Origin: an uncultured Verrucomicrobiae bacterium
GTDB taxonomy: Bacteria > Verrucomicrobiota > Verrucomicrobiia > Chthoniobacterales > JAFAMB01
Assembly (NCBI GenBank): GCA_963813025.1
Contig: CAWEXO010000011.1
Coordinates: 768,001 to 832,000 of the forward strand
Direction: 5' to 3'
Length of the DNA: 64,000 nt
The notes beneath the pieces are model-generated. The model did no database searches. It had not been told where the DNA came from and was given only the letters and a program-made list of their open reading frames with translations. Positions 9,888 to 19,115 of this stretch are shown here, piece after piece. Every line of letters begins with the position of its first letter. Position 1 is the first letter of the stretch. A program made the translations under genes and the position numbers.

Positions 9888-10627
9888 GCCGCTTTTCCTT
9901 CCTCAGTCGAGGCGAGAATTTCGGCGATGTGGACCGTTCGCACGCCCGAGCGTTGGCGATGCAACGAGCCGAAAATATGCATCAGACAGGAATTGTCGCC
10001 CGCGGTGCAGATCTCCGCCTGCGTATCCAGAATGCAACGCACTTTCTCGGCGAGCATCGCCGCGGATGTCTCCGCATTCTTCACGGCAAACGTCCCGCCA
10101 AACCCGCAGCATTCTTCCTGGTTCGGGAGACTGACGAGCTCAAGACCGCGCACGTTCTGAAGCAGCTTGATCGGTGCGTCGCCGACCCGCAGCAGACGCA
10201 GAGAATGACACGAGGGATGGTAGGTCACCCGATGAGGATAATAGGCTCCGACATCCTCGAGGCCAAGGCGTTTGACCAGCAGTTCAGTAAGCTCGTAAAC
10301 ACGCGGCGCCAACGTCGCGATCGCCTGGGCCAACGCGGGGTCGCCGGCCGTGGCAGCCAGTTTGGGGTAGTGCTCCCGAATCATCGCGACACATGAACCC
10401 GACGGCGCGCAAATTACCTCCGCATTCTCAAACTGCTCAACGAACTTGCGCAACAGCGGTAATGTCTCGCGCTGATACCCGGTATTGTAGTGCATCTGGC
10501 CGCAACAGGTCTGAGCAGGGTTGAATTCGACCTGGTGCCCGAGCCGTTCCAAAAGCGTGACAACCGCTTGACCCGTAGCCGGGAAAAGCAAGTCGGTGTA
10601 GCAAGTAATAAAAAGCGAAACGCGCAT
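9884..10627 (-). CDS. lutA: Lactate utilization Fe-S protein LutA/YkgE (two CCG domains)
   Basis: LFITC, QTCCGQMHYNTG, YHPSCHSLR, ECCGFGGTFAVKN. Confidence 0.95.
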   Translation of the reverse strand: MRVSLFITCYTDLLFPATGQAVVTLLERLGHQVEFNPAQTCCGQMHYNTGYQRETLPLLRKFVEQFENAEVICAPSGSCVAMIREHYPKLAATAGDPALAQAIATLAPRVYELTELLVKRLGLEDVGAYYPHRVTYHPSCHSLRLLRVGDAPIKLLQNVRGLELVSLPNQEECCGFGGTFAVKNAETSAAMLAEKVRCILDTQAEICTAGDNSCLMHIFGSLHRQRSGVRTVHIAEILASTEEGKAA

Positions 10628-10677
10628 ACCGGTCGGGGAAGTGCAGGGCAGAACCAGCGCAGAATCTGAAGGTTGGG

Positions 10678-10694
10678 AATTGGTCTGGATGAAT
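10678..10694. promoter_or_regulatory. Putative GntR/FadR-subfamily (LldR/LutR/PdhR-type) operator upstream of lutA
   Basis: AATTGGTCTGGATGAAT resembles AATTGGTnnnACCAATT and TCATCnGATGA operators; about 50 bp upstream of lutA. Confidence 0.5.
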
Positions 10695-10743
10695 CAAGCT
10701 TTTTAAAAATGAATCCCCCACAATCGAGTCCTCCTCTCACAGA

Positions 10744-10782
10744 GCAGCAGAACTCTCCAGCGTAGCCGGAGAGTTCTGCTGC
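10744..10782. terminator. 15-bp perfect hairpin downstream of the CDF gene (terminator or REP-like)
   Basis: gcagcagaactctcc-N9-ggagagttctgctgc; no clear U-tract. Confidence 0.5.
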
Positions 10783-10808
10783 CACAGCGGGCCTCGCTCG
10801 CAAATCCC

Positions 10809-11783
10809 TCAGGGTTTGCGAGCCAGGCAGGCTTCTGAGGCCAGATCGCAAACGACAATTCCGCGCTCGATCTGGATGGTCGCGTGGTCAATCCGAAAAA
10901 GCTGGTTCAGGTCGCGACAGGCTTTTCCCAAAAGGTGATCATCGTCGCGCACAGCGTATCCGTCGTAAAAAGGAATTACAAGGTGCGCCGTCAAGGCGGT
11001 TTCGGTCGTGCTCATCGCCCAGATGTGCAAGTCATGAACAGCCTGAACCCCGGGTAGTTCGGCGAGATATTTCCTGACCGCCGATTCGTCGATCCCGGGT
11101 GGAACCGAATCGAGCGAAAGATTTAACGAATCGCGGAGAAGTCCCCATGTGCCAGCCAGGATGACGGCGACAATGATCAGGCTGACGAGGGGGTCGATCC
11201 AGTACGCGCCCGTCAGGAGAATCAAGATACCAGCGATAACCACGCCGGCCGCGGTGCCGGCATCAGCAGCCATGTGAAGGAAAGCTCCCTGGATATTGAT
11301 GTCGCGTTTCCGTCCGGACATAAACAGCATCGCGGTTATCCCATTGATCAGGATGGCGATTAATGAAACCCAGATGACCGTCCATCCGGCCACCGGTTCG
11401 GGTTTCCAGAAGCGCTTGATCGACTCCCAGGCAATCGCGCCGATCGCGATCAGCAGGAGAATGGAATTAGCTAATGCCGCCAGAATCGAGGAACGACGGT
11501 AACCATAGGAACGGCCTGGTTTTGGCCCGACATTCGACAAGAGCGCGGCGGTCCAGGCCAGCAACAACCCGATGACGTCGGTGAAGTTGTGACCCGCATC
11601 TGCGATCAGAGCCAGGGATCGCGCGGAGAGCCCAAAGACGATTTCCACGATAACGAACGCGAGATTGAGGCCAATACCGACCGCAAACGCTGTCCCGAAA
11701 TTCTGGGAATGCACATGTCCGCCGTGACCGCCCGCGTGTTCCGCGTGAGGGCTGTCCGAGGGCTGGTGGTCGGTACTAGCCAT
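10809..11783 (-). CDS. czcD: Cation diffusion facilitator (Zn/Co/Cd efflux, CzcD/ZitB type)
   Basis: His-rich N-terminus, SLALIADAGHNFTD, GAFLHMAAD, VHDLHIWAMS, HATIQIE. Confidence 0.93.
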   Translation of the reverse strand: MASTDHQPSDSPHAEHAGGHGGHVHSQNFGTAFAVGIGLNLAFVIVEIVFGLSARSLALIADAGHNFTDVIGLLLAWTAALLSNVGPKPGRSYGYRRSSILAALANSILLLIAIGAIAWESIKRFWKPEPVAGWTVIWVSLIAILINGITAMLFMSGRKRDINIQGAFLHMAADAGTAAGVVIAGILILLTGAYWIDPLVSLIIVAVILAGTWGLLRDSLNLSLDSVPPGIDESAVRKYLAELPGVQAVHDLHIWAMSTTETALTAHLVIPFYDGYAVRDDDHLLGKACRDLNQLFRIDHATIQIERGIVVCDLASEACLARKP

Positions 11784-11797
11784 TGAAATTGCCGGTT

Positions 11798-12343
11798 TTA
11801 TTCCCAGTACTCAAATAAAGGCCCGTTCTCGCCGAAGACCGGGTCGCATTCCGGCCGGGGAACTTGCGCGATTTTCTCTTTCGCGTGCAGCCGCTCCGAA
11901 GGATCGCCGCGGCACAGGTCCCAGTGCATTCCGTCCGGATAAGCACCAACCACACCGAAATCAGGGCTTGAACCAGCATTTCGATGGCCCGTTCCCGCAG
12001 GCAGGATGACCACATCACCCGCCGCTACTTCCGCCGTCACCCCATTCTCACCGCCGAAGAGGACCGAAGCTTTTCCCTGAAAGACGCCGAGCACTTCGTG
12101 CGTGTTGCTGTGGTAGTGGTGAAAAGGATAGATGCCGTTGCGCCAAGAGTTGGTCCAGCGGTTTGTCGCAAAAAGGTCTTCCACGATTGCCGCCCGATTC
12201 GATCTCGTTAGCGAAACCACGTTTCGATAGATTAGAAGCGGCAGCTTCGGATTATTGGGGATTTTGCCATCGTCGGCAAAGCGATAGATCTCCGCTTTCT
12301 GCTTCGGCTGAGGGTAGCCTGGAGATTGAATCGATGCACTCAT
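11798..12343 (-). CDS. Cupin-domain protein, YjlB family
   Basis: IPNNPKLP, WRNGIYPFHHYHSNTHEVL, GDVVILPAGTGH, VVGAYP, DPVFG. Confidence 0.9.
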   Translation of the reverse strand: MSASIQSPGYPQPKQKAEIYRFADDGKIPNNPKLPLLIYRNVVSLTRSNRAAIVEDLFATNRWTNSWRNGIYPFHHYHSNTHEVLGVFQGKASVLFGGENGVTAEVAAGDVVILPAGTGHRNAGSSPDFGVVGAYPDGMHWDLCRGDPSERLHAKEKIAQVPRPECDPVFGENGPLFEYWE

Positions 12344-12447
12344 AAGAAAAAGCTACCTCATGAGAGGGAACGTTTCACATATCGCGTGCGGCAGGTGCCA
12401 CACGTTAGACACGGAACGTTCCTCATCCCCCGTGCTACACTCAGGTT

Positions 12448-13068
12448 GTGAACGTTCTGGTCATCGGCGCGACTGGCGGAGTCGGTCAGTGGCTCGTCAA
12501 CCTGGGTTTGCAACGTGGTCACACGGTGACGGCTTTTGCCCGTGAGGCGAGTCGGGTCAAAGCGCAGCATGACCGCTTGCGGGTGATCATCGGAGATGTG
12601 CTGGTGCGGGAGACATTGATCGCGGCGGTCGTCGGACAGGATGCCGTCGTCTCAGCACTCGGCGCGCGCACGCTCGAGCCGAACACCACATGCTCCGAAG
12701 GAATGCGAAACCTCACCCGAGCCATGGAGCAGGCCGGCGTGCGCCGCTTGATTGCCGTGAGTTCTCTTGGGGTCGGAGACAGTCGCAAGCGGGCCGGTCT
12801 TTTGCTGACGCATCTGGTGATTCCACTCTTACTAAAAAACGTCATTCATGACCTCGAGCGTGCGGAGGAAGTTATTCGGAGCACTCAGCTTGATTGGATT
12901 ATCGTGCGTCCGGGCGGCTTGACCGATCATCGACCGGTCCACCATTACCGAGTCGCGGAAGGCGGTTTACGATCCTCCCGGATTGCTCGTGGTGATGTGG
13001 CGTCCTTCATGTTGCAGCAATTGGAGGACAACACGTATCTGCACAAAGCGGTTGCCATTGCGGGCTGA
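12448..13068 (+). CDS. NAD(P)H-binding oxidoreductase (atypical SDR, flavin/biliverdin-reductase-B-like)
   Basis: GATGGVG Rossmann motif, DAVVSALG, LDWIIVRPGGLTD, IARGDVA. Confidence 0.88.
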   Translation: MNVLVIGATGGVGQWLVNLGLQRGHTVTAFAREASRVKAQHDRLRVIIGDVLVRETLIAAVVGQDAVVSALGARTLEPNTTCSEGMRNLTRAMEQAGVRRLIAVSSLGVGDSRKRAGLLLTHLVIPLLLKNVIHDLERAEEVIRSTQLDWIIVRPGGLTDHRPVHHYRVAEGGLRSSRIARGDVASFMLQQLEDNTYLHKAVAIAG

Positions 13069-13111
13069 AGGCGGTTGCATCCTGATCTGTGGCGCTCTTT
13101 AGTCCCTTAGA

Positions 13112-14521
13112 ATGCCGAACTCAGCTTTCCGCTGGATCACCGATCCAAGCTTTTACCCGACAGCGCGGCTCGCCATGCAGGCGCCCCCCGAAAAGCACGC
13201 CTTTGTTGCCGCGCTTGCTCCAGATCACCAATCCCGTCCCGACGCCTTAGTCGTCGTCGATCTCGATCCAACCTCCTCCCGTTACAGCCAGATTGTTGGC
13301 TCTCTCGATATGCCCGATCTCGGCGACGAGCTTCATCACTTTGGCTGGAACGCCTGCAGTACCGCGCTCTGTCCGTATGCCCCTCATCCGCACGTGGAGC
13401 GACGGTACCTGGTTGTGCCGGGTTTGCGTTCCTCGCGGATTCACATCGTCGATACCAAGCCGAACCCGCGCAAACTAACGATCGCCAAGACCATCGAGCC
13501 GGAGGAATTGATGGAGCGATCCGGTTATTCGCGGCCTCATACTGTCCATTGCGGGCCGGAGGGAATCTACCTCAGCGGATTGGGAGCGCCTGATGGCAAC
13601 GGTCCAGGTGGGATTTTCCTGTTGGATCACTACGATTTCAACGTGCTTGGCCGCTGGGAAATCGACCGGGGTCCGCAAGAACTCGCGTACGACTTCTGGT
13701 GGCATTTGGGACACGACACCATGATCACGAGCGAGTGGGGGACGCCAAATCAGATCGAGACTGGAGTGCAGCCGGAGCAGCTGTTCGCCAGCGCATATGG
13801 GCACCGGCTGCATGTCTGGGATCTCCGCCGACGGAAACATCAACAAACGATTGATGTCGGGAAGGAACAGCAGATGGTTCTCGAACTGCGGCCGTCCCAC
13901 GACCCGACCAAGACCTATGGGTACGTCGGGGTGGTGCTGTCTTTGAAAGATCTCTCGTCCTCAATCTGGCTGTGGACGAGAAATAACGGAACCTGGGATG
14001 CGCAAAAGGTGATTGAGATTCCGGCCGAACCGGCCGATCCGGAGGAGTTGCCACCGCTGCTGAAAAGCTTCAAAGCCGTTCCGCCGCTGGTCACTGACAT
14101 CAATCTCAGCCTGGATGATCGTTGGCTTTATGTCTCCTGCTGGGGAACAGGCGAGTTACGGCGTTATGATGTTTCGATTCCCGACCGGCCCCGGTTGAGC
14201 AGCGTTGTGCAAATCGGCGGCATTGTCCGTCGAGCGCCACATCCCGCTCGTCCCCAGGAACCGCGGCGCGGTGGTCCGCAAATGGTTGAAGTGAGCCGCG
14301 ATGGTAAACGTGTTTATTTCACCAACTCGCTTTATGCCGCATGGGATGAACAATTCTATCCGGACGGCGTGGGAACCTGGATGGTCAAGGCGGACGCCGC
14401 TTCGGACGGATCGCTCAAACTTGACCCCAACTTTTTCGTGCATTCCGACGAGCGCCGATTTCATCAAGTGCATTTGGAGGGTGGAGATAGTTCCTCTGAT
14501 TCGTACTGTTATCCTTCGTAA
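13112..14521 (+). CDS. Selenium-binding protein SBP56 / SELENBP1-type methanethiol oxidase-like protein
   Basis: DELHHFGWNACS, PGLRSSRIHIVD, RPHTVHC, YDFWWH, SEWGTP, GGPQMVEVSRDGKRVYFTNSLY, GGDSSSD. Confidence 0.95.
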   Translation: MPNSAFRWITDPSFYPTARLAMQAPPEKHAFVAALAPDHQSRPDALVVVDLDPTSSRYSQIVGSLDMPDLGDELHHFGWNACSTALCPYAPHPHVERRYLVVPGLRSSRIHIVDTKPNPRKLTIAKTIEPEELMERSGYSRPHTVHCGPEGIYLSGLGAPDGNGPGGIFLLDHYDFNVLGRWEIDRGPQELAYDFWWHLGHDTMITSEWGTPNQIETGVQPEQLFASAYGHRLHVWDLRRRKHQQTIDVGKEQQMVLELRPSHDPTKTYGYVGVVLSLKDLSSSIWLWTRNNGTWDAQKVIEIPAEPADPEELPPLLKSFKAVPPLVTDINLSLDDRWLYVSCWGTGELRRYDVSIPDRPRLSSVVQIGGIVRRAPHPARPQEPRRGGPQMVEVSRDGKRVYFTNSLYAAWDEQFYPDGVGTWMVKADAASDGSLKLDPNFFVHSDERRFHQVHLEGGDSSSDSYCYPS

Positions 14522-14528
14522 ATGATCG

Positions 14529-14676
14529 CGCGGCCCAAAGGGTTGCGTTGAAAATGGGCCGGCGACGGCGTTTTTCCTCGGTCACGTATCGCTTCAGATA
14601 TGCTCTCTCCTCGCGCCTTGCCGGCGCCCATTTTGAACGCAACGACATCATCGGTAAATATGAGACGGTGTACTAG
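14529..14676 (+). mobile_element. Single-arm (half) copy of the CTAG-ended hairpin MITE
   Basis: Reverse-complement match to 33316-33464; stem gttgcgttgaaaatgggc / gcccattttgaacgcaac; ends ...TGAGACGGTGTACTAG. Confidence 0.85.
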
Positions 14677-15323
14677 TGAATACTACCCCACTCTGGCCGT
14701 GGCTGACCATTATCGGGCTAGGTTTCTGGCACGGCCTGAATCCTGCGATGGGCTGGCTGTTTGCGGTAGCTCTCGGCCTGCAACGAAAAAGTCGCCGCGC
14801 GATGTTTCAGGCATTTTGGCCGATCGGTCTGGGCCACGCGTTGGCAATTATCCTGGTGGTCGTACCGGCGGTCTGGCTTGGAACAGTCCTTCCTTTGAAA
14901 TGGGTGCGTTTAGGCGGCGGCATTTTGTTGGTCGGCGTTGGCACCTGCAAGCTGGTTCGTCTGCGGCATCCGACCTGGGTTGGAATGGATGTGGGGTTTG
15001 CTGACCTTGTTCTCTGGTCCGCTCTGATGGCCACGGTGCACGGCGCCGGCTTGATGCTCGTGCCCGTTTTACTGGGAGCTCCAGCGGTGTTCTGCGGGTC
15101 TTCGCGGAGTGGAGCAACCTGCTTCCTCCCAGCCGTGGCGGGCGCGGCATCGCTCGAAGCGGTGATCCTGCATAGTCTCGCTTACCTCGCGGTGACGGCG
15201 TTAGTTGCCTGGCTGGTCTATGACTTTGTGGGACTTTCGGTCCTGCGCCGTTCCTGGTTCAACGTTGATTTTCTTTGGTCAATCGCGCTGATCGCCGCGG
15301 GCGCTACGCTGTTTGTGGCGTAG
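14676..15323 (+). CDS. Polytopic membrane protein with intramembrane His motifs, SBP56-associated
   Basis: About 6 TM segments; FWHGLNPAMGWLFAV, GLGHALAI, ATVHGAGLML, LHSLAYL. Confidence 0.85.
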   Translation: MNTTPLWPWLTIIGLGFWHGLNPAMGWLFAVALGLQRKSRRAMFQAFWPIGLGHALAIILVVVPAVWLGTVLPLKWVRLGGGILLVGVGTCKLVRLRHPTWVGMDVGFADLVLWSALMATVHGAGLMLVPVLLGAPAVFCGSSRSGATCFLPAVAGAASLEAVILHSLAYLAVTALVAWLVYDFVGLSVLRRSWFNVDFLWSIALIAAGATLFVA

Positions 15324-15368
15324 CCGGCGGGCGCGAGCTGGATCTGATGGGACCGCTGGATCTACAGG

Positions 15369-15566
15369 CTATTCCGGACGAGCTTGCCGCGGGCTGGGCC
15401 GCTCCCTTCTGCTTGACTTCGCCTTTTGGTCTTTTGACTGCGTCTTTTTGGATACAGCATCGGCGGATGGTTTGACCATTCCTTCATTCGCTTTGCCGCG
15501 CGGATCTTGTCCCTTCTTCTCGGGATGATCGCTGGTTGGCCCGGGATAATCCTCTACGTCGCTCAC
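15369..15566 (-). CDS. Small hydrophilic, probably disordered hypothetical protein
   Basis: GTG start giving MSDVEDYPGPTSDHPEKKGQDPRG...; charged low-complexity sequence, no motif. Confidence 0.4.
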   Translation of the reverse strand: MSDVEDYPGPTSDHPEKKGQDPRGKANEGMVKPSADAVSKKTQSKDQKAKSSRRERPSPRQARPE

Positions 15567-15730
15567 AACGATGATTTCGCACGGTGCAAGGCGGGCGGTC
15601 GCCTCGGAGAAGGTAGAATGATCAGGGAAGGTCGAAGCTGTCTTGGAGCGGTGCGAGGCAAATCCCTGAACTAGCCTCAATCACGATGGGGCTAGATTAG
15701 AAGAATCGCCGGTTTCGCGTCTCCACTGCG

Positions 15731-15760
15731 TTGACAGATCCTGAATGGTATCGCATCATA
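15731..15760 (+). promoter_or_regulatory. Putative sigma70 promoter of the Xre/RES TA pair
   Basis: TTGACA-17 nt-CATCAT, then AGGAG RBS before ATG 15779. Confidence 0.5.
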
Positions 15761-15778
15761 TCCGACATAGGAGATAGC

Positions 15779-16216
15779 ATGAGCACTTTGACGTATCCCG
15801 CGACAAGGTTCAGCCCTCTCCCCCCGGTCGATCTGACCTCGAGAGCGGAGCGGGAACGTCTCAGCCCTTCGGCTCTTAGAGCGTTTTTCAAAATCGTCGA
15901 GACCTGGAGAATTAAAGACCAGGACGCTCGAGAGCTTTTGGGCGGCGTAACGAATGGACCATACTATCAGTTGAAAAAGGATCCCGGGAATAAGGTTCTA
16001 CCGGCCGACGTGCTCTTGCGGATTTCTTACCTCGTTGGCATCTTCAAAGCGCTCAATACTCTGCATGGGCAAACGCTGGCCGACAAATGGGTTAGCCTGC
16101 CGAATTCTCATCGCATGTTCGCGGGCAAAAACCCGCTGGAGTACATGAAAAAAGGCGGTATGCCGGCGATGCAAAACGTGCGCCGGTTGCTCGATGCCCG
16201 GGTACAAGGACTTTAG
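15779..16216 (+). CDS. MbcA/ParS/Xre-family antitoxin
   Basis: ALRAFFKIVETW, LLRISYLVGIFKAL, WVSLPN..MFAGKNPLEYM..GG....VRRLLDAR. Confidence 0.92.
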   Translation: MSTLTYPATRFSPLPPVDLTSRAERERLSPSALRAFFKIVETWRIKDQDARELLGGVTNGPYYQLKKDPGNKVLPADVLLRISYLVGIFKALNTLHGQTLADKWVSLPNSHRMFAGKNPLEYMKKGGMPAMQNVRRLLDARVQGL

Positions 16217-16221
16217 AGGGC

Positions 16222-16902
16222 GTGAATTTACCGCCTGTCTCGTCCATCCGATGCTTCGACACTCATCGACTGGTCGCGGCGAAGTATAGCGATGATTCCA
16301 GCGGGGTGCTTGGCCGCGTCGCAGGAGATTCGACGAGCCTGCGTGCTTTGGCCGAATTGGAGAGCATCACCGATGAGAGATTGCTGGGCGAGCACGATCT
16401 TCTGCCGGGAATTGGCGTGCAGGAGCTTGTTTTTGGCGTTCCGCACGCTCATCTGATTAATGCTGCCTTCACCTACGCACATCCTTTCGGCGGCCGGTTT
16501 AATGGCCCTGATCGAGGGTGCTGGTACGCCGCATTCGCGATTGAAACCTCGCAGGCGGAAGTAGCATTTCACAAGACCATTCATCTGGCTGAGATTGGAG
16601 TGTTCGAGGATGAAGTCTTGTGCGTCGACTATCTGGCGGACTTTGCTGGTGAATTTCACGACCTCCGCGGCAATTCCAATTTCAACGATTGCTTCGCGCC
16701 CCATAGCTATGTAAAATCGCAAGCGCTGGCTGAGGGGCTCTCGTTGGCAGCATCGCTCGGCCCCGTGTATCCGAGCGTCCGGCATACCTCAGGGACGTGC
16801 TTGGCGTGTTTCCGGCCAGCACTCGTCTCCAATGTTCGACGTGGACGCCATTACCGGTTCACGTGGGCAAGAGAGACGACCCCGGTTATCACGGAAGGCT
16901 AG
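16222..16902 (+). CDS. RES-domain toxin (NAD+ phosphorylase/mART-like)
   Basis: THRL (R), GRFNGPDRGCWYAA, AEVAFH (E), SYVKSQ, YPSVRH (S). Confidence 0.92.
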   Translation: MNLPPVSSIRCFDTHRLVAAKYSDDSSGVLGRVAGDSTSLRALAELESITDERLLGEHDLLPGIGVQELVFGVPHAHLINAAFTYAHPFGGRFNGPDRGCWYAAFAIETSQAEVAFHKTIHLAEIGVFEDEVLCVDYLADFAGEFHDLRGNSNFNDCFAPHSYVKSQALAEGLSLAASLGPVYPSVRHTSGTCLACFRPALVSNVRRGRHYRFTWARETTPVITEG

Positions 16903-16923
16903 AACGAATGCGACTAGAATCTT

Positions 16924-17030
16924 CCGCCCCTTCGGGGCGGCCCGACGAGAGGGCGTTTTCCCGGGGTTAAAACCAGGTTAAAACCCACGGGCTGAGTCCT
17001 GACGTCCTTCCGGGACTGGCACTGGCACTA
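16924..17030. repeat. REP-like multi-hairpin remnant followed by ACTGGC hexamers
   Basis: ccgccccttcggggcgg; cccggggttaaaacc...cccacgggctgagtcctg; gactggcactggcact. Confidence 0.55.
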
Positions 17031-17057
17031 CCGCCGACCCTCTCTATGCTCCTCCCA

Positions 17058-17852
17058 ATGGAAACCTGGATTTCGCGACTGCCGCTCAATCTTCGCGAGT
17101 ACGCGTGCGAAGCGACGGGCACCGCCTGGAATGTCTTTGTCGGGCTGAGCGCGGTCGTCTTTGACTTTGGGAAGGGGCTTTGGATGGAGCACTGGTTGCC
17201 CAGCGTGAGCGCCCGGCTCCTGATCACCGGCCTGATTTTCTCCGGAAGCGGTTCGCTTTTCGCGGTCTCGCCCTTGGGCAAGCTTAGTGGTGCGCATATC
17301 AATCCATCGGTGTCCTTGGCCTTTTGGGCACGCGGCAAGATGAAAACGCACGATTTTGCCGGCTACGTAATCGCGCAGGTCCTGGGCGGAATTCTCGGCG
17401 CCTGCCTGTTAACCGGCGTCTGGCAGGGCTATGCGCATAGCGTGAATGATGGCATGACGCTTCCTGGGCCGGGTTATCCCCTTTGGTTTGTTTTCGCGGC
17501 GGAAGTCGCGATGACCGGAGCGCTGATCCTTGGCCTTTTTGCTTTTCTCAGCAGTCACCGTTTGCTGCGCTGGACGCCGCTGATGAACTGGATTCTCGTA
17601 GCACTGCTGGTCTGGATAGGAGCCCCGATTTCGGGGACCAGCCTCAATCCGGCCCGCAGTTTCGGGCCGGCTCTGGTGCATTGGCTTTGGGACGCTCAAT
17701 GGATCTACTGGATCGCTCCTCCGCTCGGTGCGCTCCTGGGAGTAGCGATTTTCCGGATCGTAGCCGCCGAGCGAACCGTGTTAACCGCCAAGCTCTTCCA
17801 TGTCGCGCATTACACGTGCATCTTCCAGAACGTCTATGTTCCGCACCGGTAG
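17058..17852 (+). CDS. MIP/aquaporin-family channel
   Basis: SGAHINPSVS (NPS variant) and SGTSLNPARSFGPA; 6 TM; start 17058 or 17046. Confidence 0.92.
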   Translation: METWISRLPLNLREYACEATGTAWNVFVGLSAVVFDFGKGLWMEHWLPSVSARLLITGLIFSGSGSLFAVSPLGKLSGAHINPSVSLAFWARGKMKTHDFAGYVIAQVLGGILGACLLTGVWQGYAHSVNDGMTLPGPGYPLWFVFAAEVAMTGALILGLFAFLSSHRLLRWTPLMNWILVALLVWIGAPISGTSLNPARSFGPALVHWLWDAQWIYWIAPPLGALLGVAIFRIVAAERTVLTAKLFHVAHYTCIFQNVYVPHR

Positions 17853-17897
17853 CCTGCGTTGCCCACCAATCCTTAGATCTTGGTGGGCGACGCACGC

Positions 17898-19115
17898 TTA
17901 CTCTTCCAGACCGAATCCGCGGTGGATGACGTTGGCTCCTTCATCAACCCGGTCCTCATCGACAATGACCGAGATCTTTATTTCGGAGGTCGAAATCATC
18001 TGGATGTTGATTCCGGCGTGCGCCAGCAATTCAAACATTTTTGCCGCGACGCCGGAATGGGAGCGCATCCCGATACCGATCACGCTTAGTTTGGCGATCC
18101 CGCCCTGAGCGGAGAAATTTTTTGCGCCAATCTCGGCTACAACGGGGCCGAGCGAACGTTCAATAGTCGGCAGCTCGTCACCGGGAATGGTGAAAGAGAT
18201 ATCGGTTGTACCGGCGGCGGAGACGTTCTGCACGATCATATCGACGTTGACGTTGATCGCGGCGATCTCGTTAAAAATGCGAGAAGCGGTACCCGGTCGA
18301 TCAGGAACCTGGGTGATCGTTACCTTGGCTTGCTGGCGGTCGACGCTGACGCCACGGATGACGACCTTTTCCATGCCGCTGGTTTCTTCTTTCACGATTG
18401 TGCCCGGTTCATTGTTAAAGCTGCTGCGAACTTCGAAAATTACCCCGAATTTTTTGGCGAATTCAACCGACCGCGACTGCATCACCTTGGAACCGAGGCT
18501 GGCCATCTCGAGCATTTCGTCATAAGAAAGCTCGGGGATTTTACGAGCGCTCTTCACGATCCGCGGATCGCAGGTGTAGACGCCGTCGACATCGGTAAAG
18601 ATCTGGCAAAGATCCGCTTTCATGGCGGCAGCGAGGGCGATCGCGGTGAGATCAGATCCACCACGTCCTAAAGTGGTGATCTGTCCTTCCAGAGTTTCCC
18701 CCTGGAATCCGGCAACGATCACAATCAGCCCGGAATGAAGAAAATTCTGGAGCCGTTTCGGAGTGATGTTCGCGATCTTGGCTTTGGTGTGGACACCGTT
18801 CGTAACAATACCGGCCTGCGCCCCGGTAAGCGAAATGGCGCGCCCGCCCAAGTGAGTCACGGCCATGGCGGTGAGCGCGATGGTGGTCTGTTCTCCGGTC
18901 GAGAGCAACATGTCCAGCTCGCGTTCGCTGGGATGGGGTGTTATCTGCCGAGCAAGCTGGATCAAGTTATCGGTGACGCCAGACATTGCCGAAACCACCG
19001 CGACGACGTGGTTACCTTTCTGCTGAGCTGTCAGGATGCGGCGAGCAACCCGCTGAATGCGCTCCGGCGTAGCGACCGATGTGCCGCCGTATTTTTGAAC
19101 AATCAGTTTCCCCAC
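17898..19115 (-). CDS. lysC: Aspartate kinase
   Basis: VQKYGGTSV, VVSAM, TLGRGGSDLTA, TDVDGVYTCDPR, two ACT domains. Confidence 0.96.
   Translation of the reverse strand: MGKLIVQKYGGTSVATPERIQRVARRILTAQQKGNHVVAVVSAMSGVTDNLIQLARQITPHPSERELDMLLSTGEQTTIALTAMAVTHLGGRAISLTGAQAGIVTNGVHTKAKIANITPKRLQNFLHSGLIVIVAGFQGETLEGQITTLGRGGSDLTAIALAAAMKADLCQIFTDVDGVYTCDPRIVKSARKIPELSYDEMLEMASLGSKVMQSRSVEFAKKFGVIFEVRSSFNNEPGTIVKEETSGMEKVVIRGVSVDRQQAKVTITQVPDRPGTASRIFNEIAAINVNVDMIVQNVSAAGTTDISFTIPGDELPTIERSLGPVVAEIGAKNFSAQGGIAKLSVIGIGMRSHSGVAAKMFELLAHAGINIQMISTSEIKISVIVDEDRVDEGANVIHRGFGLEE

Noticed and set aside
14415..14651. Paralogous-looking ORFs MMSLRSKWA... here and at 33341-33595
   Set aside because: Translations of the hairpin MITE; no conserved frame or coding features
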